Below, piece by piece: positions 49,138 through 62,629 of a stretch of 64,000 nucleotides of DNA (within the stretch, counting starts at the first letter, position 1; each line of letters starts with the position of its first letter). The DNA lies in contig LSRY02000037.1 in the NCBI GenBank assembly GCA_001643675.2, forward strand, positions 682,001-746,000, written 5' to 3'. Position numbers and translations under genes: made by a program. This DNA is from Monocercomonoides exilis PA203. Its lineage: Eukaryota > Protista > Preaxostyla. A model generated the notes under the pieces. It searched no databases and was not told the DNA's origin. It saw nothing but the letters and a program-made list of their open reading frames with translations.

Positions 49138-52100
49138 ATTTATTTCAACAGAAAAATGTTTTGAAAAATATGAACGAGCTTGAGAAATTTCTGAAGAAGA
49201 CTCATGAAAATGCTAAAAGCCCACCAGCGCGACAAGAAATAGAAACAATTCACCTTAAAGAAATGTATCTGAAACTGCATCTTCTTCATCGAATTTTTAT
49301 TTCATTTATTCGTTATTATTCTAACATCGTTCATTATTTGTTTTTTTGTTTTTGATATTTTTTTTTGAAGTTCACATATTTTCCTATTTTTATTTCTTTT
49401 TCATATTTAGATCATATGAACATTTCATCACTTTTTGTTATTTGTTAAATAATCAATTCATCTGACAATTGGACATTGTCTATCATGGTTTTTAAACAAT
49501 ACAAGCAATTTATTATAATACAATGGACACTGTTGAAGGAGAAAAAGAATAAACAGCAGTTCCGTTGAAAGATGAAAAAAAGTCATTTTATCAAAAAATT
49601 AAGATACTTGGAGAAAGCGCTGTTTAATTGAAGAAAACTTTCATTTTTGTTGAATGAAGAAGAAGAAGAAGAAGAAGAAATGCGGTAAAAGAGAAATGTG
49701 CAATCAATCGAATGATATTTCTGAAGAAAATGATGAAAAAACTTCATGTGATGCTGTCATTGAGAAAAAATATTGTATATGATAAGTGAACTTCATATTG
49801 ATAAGAAAAACATAATCACAAAAAATTCAACAAACAGATTGATGCATACCAATTGAATTGGATATCTATCGTTCATCGAATGCTCTTGAGTGGTTGCCTC
49901 CTCTTTCCCCTCAGAAACTGAAAATGTTGATTTCTTCAAATTCATCTTCTTCATCTTCTTGCAATCACACCCATCAGAGTTCAATCATTCTCTCCCTTCT
50001 CTCATCCTCTCATCATATTTTCTCTTCCAATCCACATCCTTTCCCATCTCTCCCACTTCTTTTGAATCTTCTCTTCCAAAACCCAGTTCATTCACTCTAA
50101 CTTCCTCCATCTCTCTGCACTTCAACAATCTCTTCATCATTTTCTCCAAAACTTATCCATTAACAATTCCCCTTTAATTGCGTTGCTTTTGATTGCACTT
50201 GATGTTTCCTGCTTCTTCCTTCAAACATCACTCGTCGTCTGTCTCCAATTCAAAATAAATACATTTCAAACAAAAAAAAAAAAAAATTTAAAAAAAAAAT
50301 ATTACACACACTTAAACGTTGTGTGAAAATGACTCTCGCAGCAAACTCATTTCAACTTCTTTTTGAGTCTCCTCCCTTTCCTTCTTTCTCCAACACACCT
50401 TTCAGCAGGCAAGCCACACAAATCAAAAGCAATTCCACTGAAAGGCCTTCATTCAGAATTACATTCCATTGCAAACATTCCCCCAGAAGTCTTTCATCCA
50501 TTTATTTTTCGTTCGTCTTATTTTCATCAAAATTCTTTTTCTTGTATCTTTTCCTCTTCAAAGAAAAGCAATCCATCGTCCCTTTGAACCTTTGGCCCTT
50601 CAAAACATCTCCCGATACTCCAACGCCAAAATTCCAACCCCAACCCCAATCCCTTTCCATCCACCTTTTTCTCCATTTTCTTTCCAACCACTCACTTCAC
50701 AAATCGCGCCAGTCTCTTCAAATCTCACATCTTCCCGTATTCCATCCTTTTCTTCGCTTTCCCATTTTTGCACTGCATCCCTCAAATTACTCAATTGCCC
50801 AAGCCCCTTTCAAAAGTCAATAAATAATTTCTTTTTCCTAAAATAATAAAAAAAGAACGATAAAATCTCCTGAATAGTGATTCAATAATGCCCTGTGCAC
50901 ACCATAAAACATTTGTTGCTGGCCCTGTGCATTCGGCAAAATCAAGGCGAAGCAATATATTGATTCCTTTTCTGAATGTTGGAGGAACATCTGCTTCAAA
51001 AGAGTCACAAATATCGATTAAAATACCTGAAGATGCACAATCATTAACTTATTCCCCTGCATCATTTTCATTCTTTTGCCTCAAGACAGGCAAGACGAAG
51101 GGCAGCAAAACATTCGTTTATTGTTTGGTTAGTTAATAAGGGTGTCCAACATATAATTTTATAAGTGAAGATCTTCGATTGATGAGTTGTAGCAGCCTGA
51201 GCATGTTTGAGCTGCTTAGTCCAACGGCTACAGATGCGCCCATGCAAATTATAGCACTGCAGAAGAACAGGTACTTTTCTTGAAGATGGAGGAGCGAGTG
51301 GCGGTTTGCATCGATTGTTTGCGAAAAGTGAATTAGTGGGAAAAATTGCATGAAATTTGAACTTAGTAATATATTGCAAAACATATGGTGCAACATCGGC
51401 TGTGATATTTTGAATGATAAATAACTCAAGCAAGATGCAGAAAAAGCGAGTTGAATTTCAAAAAGATTGAATTGAACAGCTTGTTCATTTCGAGGGAAAT
51501 GCGTTGCACTTGGCATAATTATTGCACAGGATTTGTTTTGTGTGATTTTTTTTTAAATGTTTGTTTCATGGAAAAGGAAAGGGAATTGAAGGGTTGGACA
51601 ATGGAGGAAGCGAACAGAACGAAGCACTCAGCAGGCCTTTTACAACAAGCGCATTGCCATTTACGCGAAACCCTTTGGAAATCTATCAACAAAGACATGG
51701 CGTTAAATAAGTCTTTAAAAAGGAGTTCATTGCTTTATCATTTGGATAATATAATCTTTAACTTTCATCATTGCATGCTTCATAAAGGATTCTAAGAACA
51801 AGATAGCCAGCTGGGCTGATTATCACCAATCCATTGGAAATGGGAAAATATTTAAAGGCCAAAAAGATGGTTTGACTTTTTTTGTTTCATTCATTTTTCT
51901 AAAATGGTGTTCTTTGAATGAAAACAGAATGATCATGAACAGGAATGCCTAGAAAGAGAAGCCTTCTTTTCATTTCGCGAAAGATTCAGAAGTTTTGAGA
52001 TTATCCTTGTTTTGATTGCATTCATCGATAACATTCGTGACTTTTGCCATCTGTCTTGAATGCTGTATAACATGACAATGCTTAACATGAGTTTGCAAGA

Positions 52101-54179
52101 AAGAGAAAAGCAGTATATTTGGCATTTTTGTTCGGAATGTTTTGCAGTTGCGACTCTTTTGTCGGGGATGATGAGCTGACTGGGCATTCGCATATAGAAC
52201 ACATTCAGTTTTTTCTATTGAACAACCTGACTTGGAAAAGCTGATATTTTTTATTTTTCTTCATCTTCTTCATTTTCTTCATTTTCTTCACCTTCGCTAT
52301 CATTCTCAACAGTCTCGCTTCAATAAATGATGTTCATTGCCAGAATCGACACATCAATCACATAATCAAAAAATTCGTCATTTTCTTCTTTTTGAATTTG
52401 AAATTATTACCAATGAAGTCAACTTCATCAATTGTCAACGCCTCCTTCTCTTCCAATATCCTCATCATACATGAAGTTCATTTGAATTGATGACAGCGTT
52501 GGACAAAAACAATTATCCTTTTTCTGAGGGAAAAGTTGTGTTAACCACACAAAGGCAGTCAATTATTTTGTGGACTTCCTTCTTCATCTGTTTGTATCTC
52601 TCTCTTTCACATATTTTGTGATGAAGATTGTTTATATCATCTGAAATCAACTCAGCGAATGAATTATTTTAATCAATCGATATTCTTTAAGTCATTATCA
52701 ACATCTTTAAAAAAGGATTAAATTCGTTTCACAATTCTCAATTGCTCCACCTTCATAGCTTTCATAATCTTCTGCTTCCTCTTTTATCTCTTCTTCCTAT
52801 TCTTCACTCTCTTCTTCTTCACTCTCTTCGTCGTCTTCACCTTCTTCTTCTTCTTCTTTCTCTTTCCATTGCTATTTAATTCCTTCAGCTTATCGTCATC
52901 TTTTTATGAATTCCAAAATAAGCCAATGAGAACATTCTCATTCGAAGAAATGCAACCCAAAAGCTTCTGTTTCTCCGACAGACACATTCTGCACACAACA
53001 CTCCTTCTCCTTCTTTTTCATTTTCTTCATCTTTGTCGTCTTTATCATCTGATTTATCACCATCAACCTCAAAACAAGCAATACAATCTTTTTCTGCATC
53101 ATATTTTAACCCTTCCTCCAATTTTTTTCTTCTCCACCTTCTTCTTCGACTTCACCTTTATCTTCGTCGTCATCATCTTCTTCTTCTTCTTCATTGTATC
53201 AATCTTCTATTTGGATTCCTTCTTCTATTGATCAATCTTCTTCTTCTTCTTCGTCTTCTTCTCCTTCTTCTCCTCCTCCTCTTCTTCTTCTAACAAACAT
53301 AATTCCATTGACACTTCAGATATATTCAATAATTTCTTCTTCCTCCTCCTCATTTTTTTCATCATCTTCTTCTATAAATTCTTCATCTTCACATTTTTTC
53401 TAACACTTTCTACTGGATCAGAGAACAGAACTTCAAATGCATTTATTCCATTCAATTCGGTATAACCACAAAATTGAACGGAAAATTGTTTCATTTCCTT
53501 TCATTTGCCTTTTCAGTCAATCAATAAAAAAGCTTTCTTTTCATTTTTCAATCACAACTCCAACGAATAAAAAAAACTATCTGCACCAATTAATTTTATT
53601 TCATTCAAATCAACTTTTTCTTCTTCGACACCTTCTTCGATGAACGAATTAAAAAATATTCCTATTTCCATTTCATTCAACTCCCGTTAAATCCATAGCC
53701 AAGTATCATCTTTCATTCCTTTTCAGATAGACGAAAGAAATATTTATTCTATCAAGGAATATCTTAAAAAAATTTTTTTCAAATGAAATGGACAATGTCA
53801 AATCAATAATAGCCGATAATCGGGCACACAATCCATGAAGGTTGCCTCTGCATTATTTATTTTGAGATTGAAAGAATTACAGGAAGAAGAAAGAGCAAGG
53901 TGGGAAAAGATTTCTTTGAACAAACAGTAGCAAGGATGGTCTTCGAGAGATTTCACAACGTCACGCGCCTTCAACATGTCGGAGAAGATGAAACGATGAG
54001 GGAAACTTATAAATTTGAAAAAACATATTTCTGGAGTATTCAATGAAACAAGAGAATAAATGTCCTACAAGCAATGTTAATTCCATCAAATGCACATGTG
54101 AGATGTTTTCTTCTATTATGTGTGCCATCTCCCCAACTTTCTTCGACTTTGCCTTCGTTTGCACATATTTTCACCGACA

Positions 54180-56440
54180 AGTCAACTCATGAAATGATTT
54201 CTGCCTTATGATCTGCACCTTCTTCAGAAGACCTGTCGCGTTTTGCGCGCTCTTGTAGGGAGTCTTTTCCAACTCGCAATTCACTTCCTTGGTACCAAGT
54301 ATGCTTTCCACGTATTCATTGTTAGCTGTATGCCCGTTGTTAAAGATTTATTAATCGACATCCCAATCACCGAATGCTTCTGTTCTATCATGTGCAACAG
54401 CCGAGTTGACTTTCTGAGTGATGCTTCTCATGAAGGCGAACAAGGGCTCTTTCACAGAAGTGACAAATGATTCACACACAAAATACACATCTCTTCCGAC
54501 ACTCGCCTTGTTCTCTGAAAACACAACATTTGCCATGGAAAAGGAGGTGGATGACACTTCTGAATCATCCTTGTACTCGATCATGAGAGCACCGCCTTTT
54601 CCTCCAGAACTTGTATCCTCGCTCACACAACAGCTGGAGAAGGCGGTGTCACTCACCGAAAACGTATTGTCAGAGGCAGATGAGGCGAATGAGATGCACC
54701 CGCCATTGGTGGCAGTCTGTTGATTTTGTGGAGCTGAGTCGATGTTGGTGATGGTGCAGTTGGCGAGGGAGAGGGAGAGGGCAGGGGAGGTGGCAGAGGA
54801 GAGTGCACAGCTGGCGGGGGTGGCTGTGGAGGTAATGTCGGTGATGTTGGAGGAGTTGAGGGTGAGGGGAGCGGTGAGGGAGGTGAGGTGGAAGATGCTT
54901 TGGCTGTTGAGGGTGAGACTGGTGATTGCTGTGTGGTTGAGGGCGAGGGAGCCAGCAGTGAGGAAGAAGAGGGGAGTTGTGATTGATGATGAAGATGGGG
55001 TTGTTCCAGTGATGGTGGTTGTGTTGAGTTTGAGGGAAGGGGAGTTATTGGAGAGGTGGAAGAGGATGGGGGTGATTTGGTTTGAGGAGTTGTGGGAGAT
55101 GGCGAGGGCAGAGACTGTGAGGGAGCCCTGGGTCTGTTGAAAGAGTGCAGAAGTGGCAGTTGGATCTGGTGAAGAAGATGTTGATAACGATGGCAAGGAT
55201 GAAAATGATGATGTTGATTGTGATGACTGGGAATGTGAGTTTTGTGGTTGGAGAATGCCACTGGAGGCGATGGTTGTGGCAGTTGTACCATTTCCAGTGA
55301 TTTTTGTATTTGGAGCACGAAATGTGAGAGTGTTTGTGGGAGCGAAAATGGAGACGAGAAGAGAGAGGGAGGCATCGCTGAAGGGAGCAACGCATCCGAG
55401 GGCATACTCCACGGTGGCGCATGGGGTCTGTTGAGGTCTGCCACAGGCGTCGACATCAGTTCCACCATTTGCAACGATTTTGTTCTGATTGATGATTGGA
55501 AGCCAACTGTTATACTGAACATTATCTGCAGTTCCTGCATTCCACACTCTTTTCGATAGGGTTGTTGAGCCACATTGCAGGAATGGAGATTGGGTTATGC
55601 TGCCATTGAAGAACACATCATTCCCTCTGCCATTAGTTGCTGTGTTGCCATCAAAGAAGCAGAATGTGATGAATCTTCTTCCATTCATCCAAGAATAAGT
55701 TGCTGCGCAACACAGTCCAGCTCCTCCATAAGTAGATGAATTTGTCAATTTATTGTTTAAGAACTGACAATCATTTATCAAAAACTGACTTGGCTTATTG
55801 GTTGGAGGATCATTGAATGTTACAGCACCAGCAGAATCACCACCAGAATTTGATATGCACTTGCATTTGGAAAACAGGAATTGAAAATTTAACTGATTAT
55901 TATTTAGTCCAAAATACCAACCAGTTCCACACCAATTTGTTATTGAACAACTTTCCGCTCTGTTTTCTGAGAATGTCCAAACAGAATTTGATTGTGGATT
56001 CCTTGCGTGAACTGCTCCTCCATGAGCAGCCGAGCAACTTGTGAAATTGGATTTTGTGATATCAATTTTTAACAAACTTTTGCAATGAAACGCTCCACCA
56101 TGTCCATTGTCAGTACAGTAACAATTACTATATGAACAAGAAGTGATTGTGAGATTTGCATTTGCACAATGAACATTATGTGCACCTCCTGGCGATGACC
56201 CACAATTTGAATCATCCCATTCACACCATTCGAAGCAATGACTGTTCTCATCAAACGAAGTCAATCTTCCAGGTGTTTTTCTTTTATTTTCAGTTCCAAC
56301 ATGAACAACAGGGACATTTGACAAAGAACGTGTTTGATGGTGGAAAGAGATATTGAAAGAGGAGAGATAGATATTATCGTTTTAATGGGATTGATAATTA
56401 TCATAATGATCAAAACACCAATTGAATAAAGAAAAAACAT
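54180..56440 (-). pseudogene. Beta-helix (pectin lyase/polymorphic membrane protein-like) Cys/Ser/Thr-rich surface protein, disrupted
   Basis: 657-aa ORF 54351-56324 has repeated GGA(F/V/L) and FxxC/FxxN motifs, GRGNDVFF and CG...PCAT. A hydrophobic leader near 56440 is out of frame. Homology to the 7400-7550 copy continues past the stop (EYVESILGTKEVNCELEKTPY versus IYVDGTLGVEDVYCGIEKAPC). Confidence 0.7.
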
Positions 56441-56872
56441 TAAGTTTAAAATGAAATATTCATTTGTTCCGTATTGAAATAAATATTCATAGGCAAGCAT
56501 ATCAGAAAAGACAACATACAGAATAATTCCCCAGTAAATACAAATCAATACATCATTTAACATTCCAAATTTCTCACTTTCCATTTCTCACTCACTTTAT
56601 TTTATAATCACCGCATCACACTTTGTATTTATATAACTTGGTTGTTAACTTATTAATGATATACAAATGCTTTCGTGTAATTGTGTTCACGTTATTCTAT
56701 ATGACAACTAAATGTCAATTCATTTGAATTAATGCAGTGTTATTTTCAAATTTTTATTTCATATTTTTTTAATTAAAAAATGGTTTTTTATCGCAGTTGA
56801 TATTTATTATTTAGTGGAATGATTAATGATGTGCACTAATGAATATTAAAAAAAAAAAAAAATAAGAAACAT

Positions 56873-58418
56873 TCATTTATCCAAGAAGGGTTTTGATGAA
56901 CTATTTCTGTATTTTGTTTCAAACAGTTTGAAAAAACTCATAGAATAATCCCATTTTTCTTCTGAAAGATAATTCCAGTATTGTTCCCATTTATTAAAGT
57001 CAATAATTGAAATTTTGTCATCATCGCACTGCAAAAAGCTGTCATTGGAAAAGTCAGAAATGCTTCCATTTTTAACTATTGAAATAAAATGCCCTTCTTT
57101 ATGCTTCAATGAAGAATGAATAATTGTTCCAACGAAGTTGTATTTTGCAACTATCTCACTATCAGATGAATGATTGTCGATTGAAGATAACACATGAGAA
57201 CTGAACACATGAAAATCATTTGGGCCAAGTCCTTGACTTCTGAAGAATAATTTAATTGGAGGAGAACTCACATAATCTCCATCAATGAACTTGTGATAAA
57301 TACATAAAATGAAAGGGAAATCGTAAAGCCAAATCCATTTTTCAAATGCAGATTTCGTCCAGCAGTTTTCACATTTTGAAAGTAGATTATCAGCAAAATC
57401 ATCTGAGGCTTGAAACACACAATTCAACCTTCAGACAATATCTGATCCAGAGATAGAAATATAATAACCTGCTCCTCTTAATGATGAAGATAAATGATGG
57501 CAGCTGGTGCACATATTTATTCGATGACTGCGAATCAAAAACATCTCCTTCAAATTCCAATTATTTTTTGATAGAAAATCCATAACTGCAGTTAACACTT
57601 CAGTCAAAATTTTTGGTTCATCCAGACATCCAAACAGCAGTTCATAAAAATTCTTCATTCTACTCTTTCCCCAAGCTTTCACTGTTTTTGATGGATTCCG
57701 TATTTCTTCCAAAAGACTCAAAAAATATCTTTGATTTTTGGAAATGTGACTTTCTTCTGTGCATTTGTCAATACATAAGGAAGCAAGACATTGACATAAA
57801 GAATTGAAAGCACATGTTTTCCCGAAATTTATCAACGATCTTCCTTTGAAAATATTCATTAATTTATTTTCATCATCATCAAAATCACTAAATTCCAACT
57901 CTTTTTCTCTATCATTTTCATGAGACATAAATTCCTTGAATAAATCAGTGTTTTCCATTATTAGGATTTTCTGTGATATGTTACGATCAAAAATTCTTGA
58001 ATTGAATTAATATCTGTTAATTATAATTCAATATCATTCGAAGTTGCAGGCACAGAAGCAATTGGACTTAAATCTGATGATAATAATTCAGTGCTTTCTG
58101 AATCTGAGTGAGGATCTATTTCATTGTAATGTTCTTTAAGAAAGGCTGTAGAAAATAAAATAATTCATGTTTATTTGAAAAAACGATGTTTGAATATTAG
58201 TAATTTTGTCTTTTATATAAAAACATATACAAACATGTTTTTGATTTGGACAATGTTTCCAAAAGTTTTTTTCCTTGCTCCGTAGATTGAAAAAATGATA
58301 AGAGAACAAGTTCTGCATGGTTCTCTGACATTTTTCCGAAAATATTTTCTTGATTTTTCACATCCCGTTTGATGCTCTTGTTTCCAATTCCGTTATGTTT
58401 TCTTTTGAAAGGATTCAT
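56873..58418 (-). pseudogene. Divergent ubiquitin-specific protease (peptidase C19); exon 1 58418-58235, intron 58234-58146
   Basis: Cys box SLINFGKTCAFNSLCQCL, CTSC/CENC zinc ribbon and His box EGHFISIVK...FLQCDDDKI. ORFs 57431-57958 and 56873-57427 are in frame across one TGA. There is a further stop and a frameshift at about 57970-58025. Confidence 0.8.
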
Positions 58419-60971
58419 TCTTGATAAACAAAAGCCTGATTTTATCGTTATATTTTTTTAATTTTTCAAATAAAGAACTTTTTTTTCCATATTTTTTGTT
58501 TGTGTAGAGAACGATTACTTTCAAAAATGATTATATACATAAAGGCGTGTTCATGCGAAAAATTTTCTGAATTCATCATTCCTTTTCAGCCTCAGATTAT
58601 TCAACAAAATTATTGATATGGATTAGTTGAACAACAAGAGAGCCTTACACAAATGAAGCATTTCAATTGCCAATGACTGTTTCATTCAAAACAAAAAATG
58701 TTTTTTCTGATAGCGCTATTAATAATGGTGATTCTTGTTTTGCTGAGCATTCTGCTGGAAATACTTCAGACTTCTTCTCATTTGGCTCAATTTTACCACA
58801 AGCCACTCCGACAGAGAGAGGAATTTTATTCACAATATCTGCTTCTCTTTTTCATCATATTTTATAACTTACATCCTCATTTGACTATCTTCTTCTGCAT
58901 CATCATCTTCTTCTTCCTTCTGTGGGATGTGGAATGAGCGAAAATTGAGAGAATCTGCACAAATTCCATTCCTTTTGAGCATTGCTCGAAATGATATTGA
59001 TTTTGGAGATTCTTTTTTGGAAAACATTTCTGACATTCACATCAACGCAGATGAATGAAACAAGGAGAAGATGGCAAAAGATTGAAAATAGTTACACAGA
59101 GAAGACAAGAAGGTCAACACAACCGAAAAGAGAGACAAGCCACTTTCACAGAGATGGATTTGGCACTTTCTATACATTGAGTGTTATTTTTGGAGAATTA
59201 TTGCCATGTTCTGATGGAATAACAATTTGATTTGCAAATCAATTTGTGGGATGTTTGAAGCAGGAGGCAGACATTGAATATCAGATGGTATTTGAACTAT
59301 CAAAACCTTCTTCTTCTTCTTCTTCTTCCACTTCCACCACCACCACCACCACCTCTTCTTCTTCTTCATCTTCATCATCATCATCTTCTTCTTCTTAATC
59401 TTCGTCTTCTTAATCTTCGTCTTCTTCTTCCACATCCCATTCCATTATATCAACGTCTCTGATGCTTTATCCAATTTGTATTGTAAATTTCGACTGAATT
59501 TGAAGCAATGTGTTGTTTTATGTTCAGATCTTCCCATTTGCCGTTCAATCGATCAAATAAAGAACAGCTGAATTTGCAGATGAAGATGAAGGATAAAGAA
59601 TTTACTCCGAGAAAAGGGAGAGAAATAGAAAGAGTAGGAGAAATGAATGAAGAAGATAAGGAAATGAAATATGATTTAATGGAAGAAGAAAGAAACGCCA
59701 TGAATGATGATTCTGATGTTTTCGAGAACACAAAAAGGACAAGCAAGAAAAATCACACCCAACACAATAGAAACAGCAGAAGCAGAAGTTGAAGCATCTA
59801 CTACATCAACAACAGCTTTTTTTTTAAATGGCAGTACAATTTTTTAAAAAAATTCGAGAAGTTATAATCAACAGCGAGCTTTATTGGTATCTGCTAGTGC
59901 TGTTTATTATTCGTTCGCTCTTCTGCCTACACAGTTATTGCAAGCTGAAAATAGGTGCAACTGCAGAAAATATAAAGGAAAATATTTCATTTCTTTTTGA
60001 GAACAGAAAGAAAAACAGCTTAAAAGAAGATAAAGCGAGACGAATGAAAGACGGAAACAAATGACTGTAACGGACATTTTCTTTCGATTAATACATAAAG
60101 TGACAAAAAAGGCAACTTTGTGCAGATTTCCAACTTCGATTTTACTCAGCTTCGAGAAACTCATTTTCCCTCTTCTGCTTTTCTCAACTGCAACTCCTTA
60201 TTCATTCACAGGCACAGAATAAACAGCAACATACTCATTCTTCTTCTCCTCCTCCTTCCTCTGCTTTTCCACTTGGTTTGCTTTCTTCCCATTCTGTATG
60301 TCTTCATCCACACAGAAGAAGGGCTGGCTATCAGATGAAGAGTTCTGTTGAACCAGAAGCAAAAGGGAAAGATGAACCTTCTTTTTTAATAATCACAAGA
60401 ATTCTGATTCATTTCGTTGAGTGCTCAGGTTGAAAGGGACAGAAAGAGGAGAAAATGAAGACGTGAAATGATGATTTGGAAGATGAAGGAGATCGAGGAA
60501 ATGAGGGAGATTGAGGTGAATTGCCATCAAAGCAGATGAAAGGAGGTTATAAAAGGAATTTTAGAAAAGAAAATAACAAAGAACTTGAAAAAGTCAGAAA
60601 AGAAAACGAAGAAGAAGAAAGTGAGAGTGAAAGAGAAGGAAGAAGATGCTGAGAACAATACGCGAACACGAAAACCTCAGAATCTTTAGAAGGACCATTT
60701 GATGACCAAATTTATTCGTCCAAATCTGAACAATTTGAAGGAGCGGCTGCTGAAAGAACGGAGTATCAAGAATTAGCATCATCTTTTATCTCATCTTCCT
60801 TTTAATCGTCATCATTGCCAGTTGATTATGAAACAACTGAATGTTGCTATGTCCAAGTATCTTGCTCTTTTGCTTCATCATCCTCGGATGAGGAGAAAAA
60901 AGCAGCAGATGAAACAGGTTCAAATGCACTTCGATCACTTTCATTGCAAAACCTCCTTTCACTTCCACCAA

Positions 60972-61159
60972 TCTTCTTCTTCTTCTTCTTCTTCTTCTTC
61001 TTCTTCTTCTTCTTCTTCTTCTTCTTCTTCTTCTTCTTCTTCTTCTTCTTCTTCTTCTTCTTCTTCTTCTTCTTCTTCTTCTTCTTCTTCTTCTTCTTCT
61101 TCTTCTTCTTCTTCTTCTTCTTCTTCTTCTTCTTCTTCTTCTTCTTCTTCTTCTTCTTC
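60972..61159. repeat. (CTT/GAA)n microsatellite, ~62 perfect units
   Basis: Directly visible. Confidence 0.97.
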
Positions 61160-62629
61160 CTCTTCATCTGATCGTCTCGAATCCAATATCTTTTCCTTTC
61201 CACATCGCTCTTTTCAAAGAGAAGAAACACATCTTCTTCCTTTTCCAAACAAGCAGAATTTCAATTTATCTTCAAACAGAATGAATGATGATGCAAACAA
61301 ACAGAAGAAACATGGAGAATATCAAGGAATTTCAGGAATTTCATCTTAGTTTTAATCTTCTTCCTCTTCCATTTATTCTCATACTTCTTACTTAAACAAA
61401 TTCATCAACAACACAATTACTGACTTCTTCCTTCCTATTTCCAATTCTTCTCATTTTTTTCATCTTTCTCATCGAAAATGAAGTCATCATCTCCATCTTC
61501 ATCACTCCAACTCTATTGCTCCTCATGATATGCCTCATGTTTATTTCTTTTCCTCTGCATTTTCATCTTCTTGTTCTCCTTCTTTTGTTTCATCTTCAAT
61601 TTCTTCTTATCCTTCCAATTCTTCTTCCTTTTTTTCTTCCTTTTTTTCTTCTTAAACAGAACAATCTCAAATTTCTTCATAGAATATCTAATTCACTCCA
61701 GCATCGATATTTTATTCAATCATGTTTGTGGAGTGAGGTGGGGCAGAGAAATGGACATCAACTTTGATTCGCTGGAGGATCTGATCTCAGAAAGAGAGAA
61801 GCTGAAGAGCTGACAGAGAACAAAGATAAAACAGCAAAGACCAACATGCAATGGAAGAACAAGAATTGAATGAAAATTCATCACCTTGTTCTAAACTGGT
61901 GTGCCATTCTTCTGTTTCTGCTTTGCGTATAAAGGGAGAAGGAAGACAAAACGAACTGAGCTATGATGTTTCAGGCACTCAATACGATTTTTTGGACTTG
62001 AATAACAATGAAGAAAGAAAGAGGAAAAAAAAAAAAAGAGAGAGAGAGAGAGAAGAGAGAGGAGGGATGATTATCCACACAATCACGAATCATCCGAGTT
62101 CCCACAAAAACAAACATATTTATCAAGCAGCAAATGCTAAAACAACATTTGAAAAAACTATTAGTGCATCTTCTTTCTTTTTATCATCGTCAAGTTCCGC
62201 TTTTGTTTTAACAAACCCAACAGTAGCATCTCTATCAACTTCTTCTTCAGCTGCCTCTGTGAAAACTTCCTTTGACGGCAGTGAGCCATGCCTCAGTTCA
62301 ATCACACAAACAATTCCTTATCCTCTCTCTTCTTCCTCTCTGATTTCCATCTCCCGGCTCAACCCTCGTCTCTGCTGCCTCTTTATCCACTCCTGCACTC
62401 ACCACAACACGCGCCTTCTTTTTATTACACACCCACACACTCACCCATTCACTCTTATGTGTTCTTCTCCATCGTTAACACCGCTTTTCCATGTATCGTT
62501 CTTCTGTTATGCGGATGCCCTTTTGTTTGAGGTGGAGTTCTTCAGGCAGATGCTGGGAAGAAAGGAAAGAGAAGTCAACAGGAAGAAAATGAAGAATTTG
62601 TATGGGAAAGAACAAACGATTGAATGATA

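Noticed and set aside
49800-54150. Possible MULE-like relic (GDGTHN near 54120 on minus)
   Set aside because: A single short motif, no other Mutator motifs or TIRs, and heavily broken frames.
54340-54360. Insertion truncating the surface protein gene at its stop codon
   Set aside because: Family homology continues past the stop to about 54180, so it is a point disruption.
60815-61349. Poly-F, poly-S, poly-K and poly-E ORFs as genes
   Set aside because: They arise from the stop-free CTT/GAA microsatellite.
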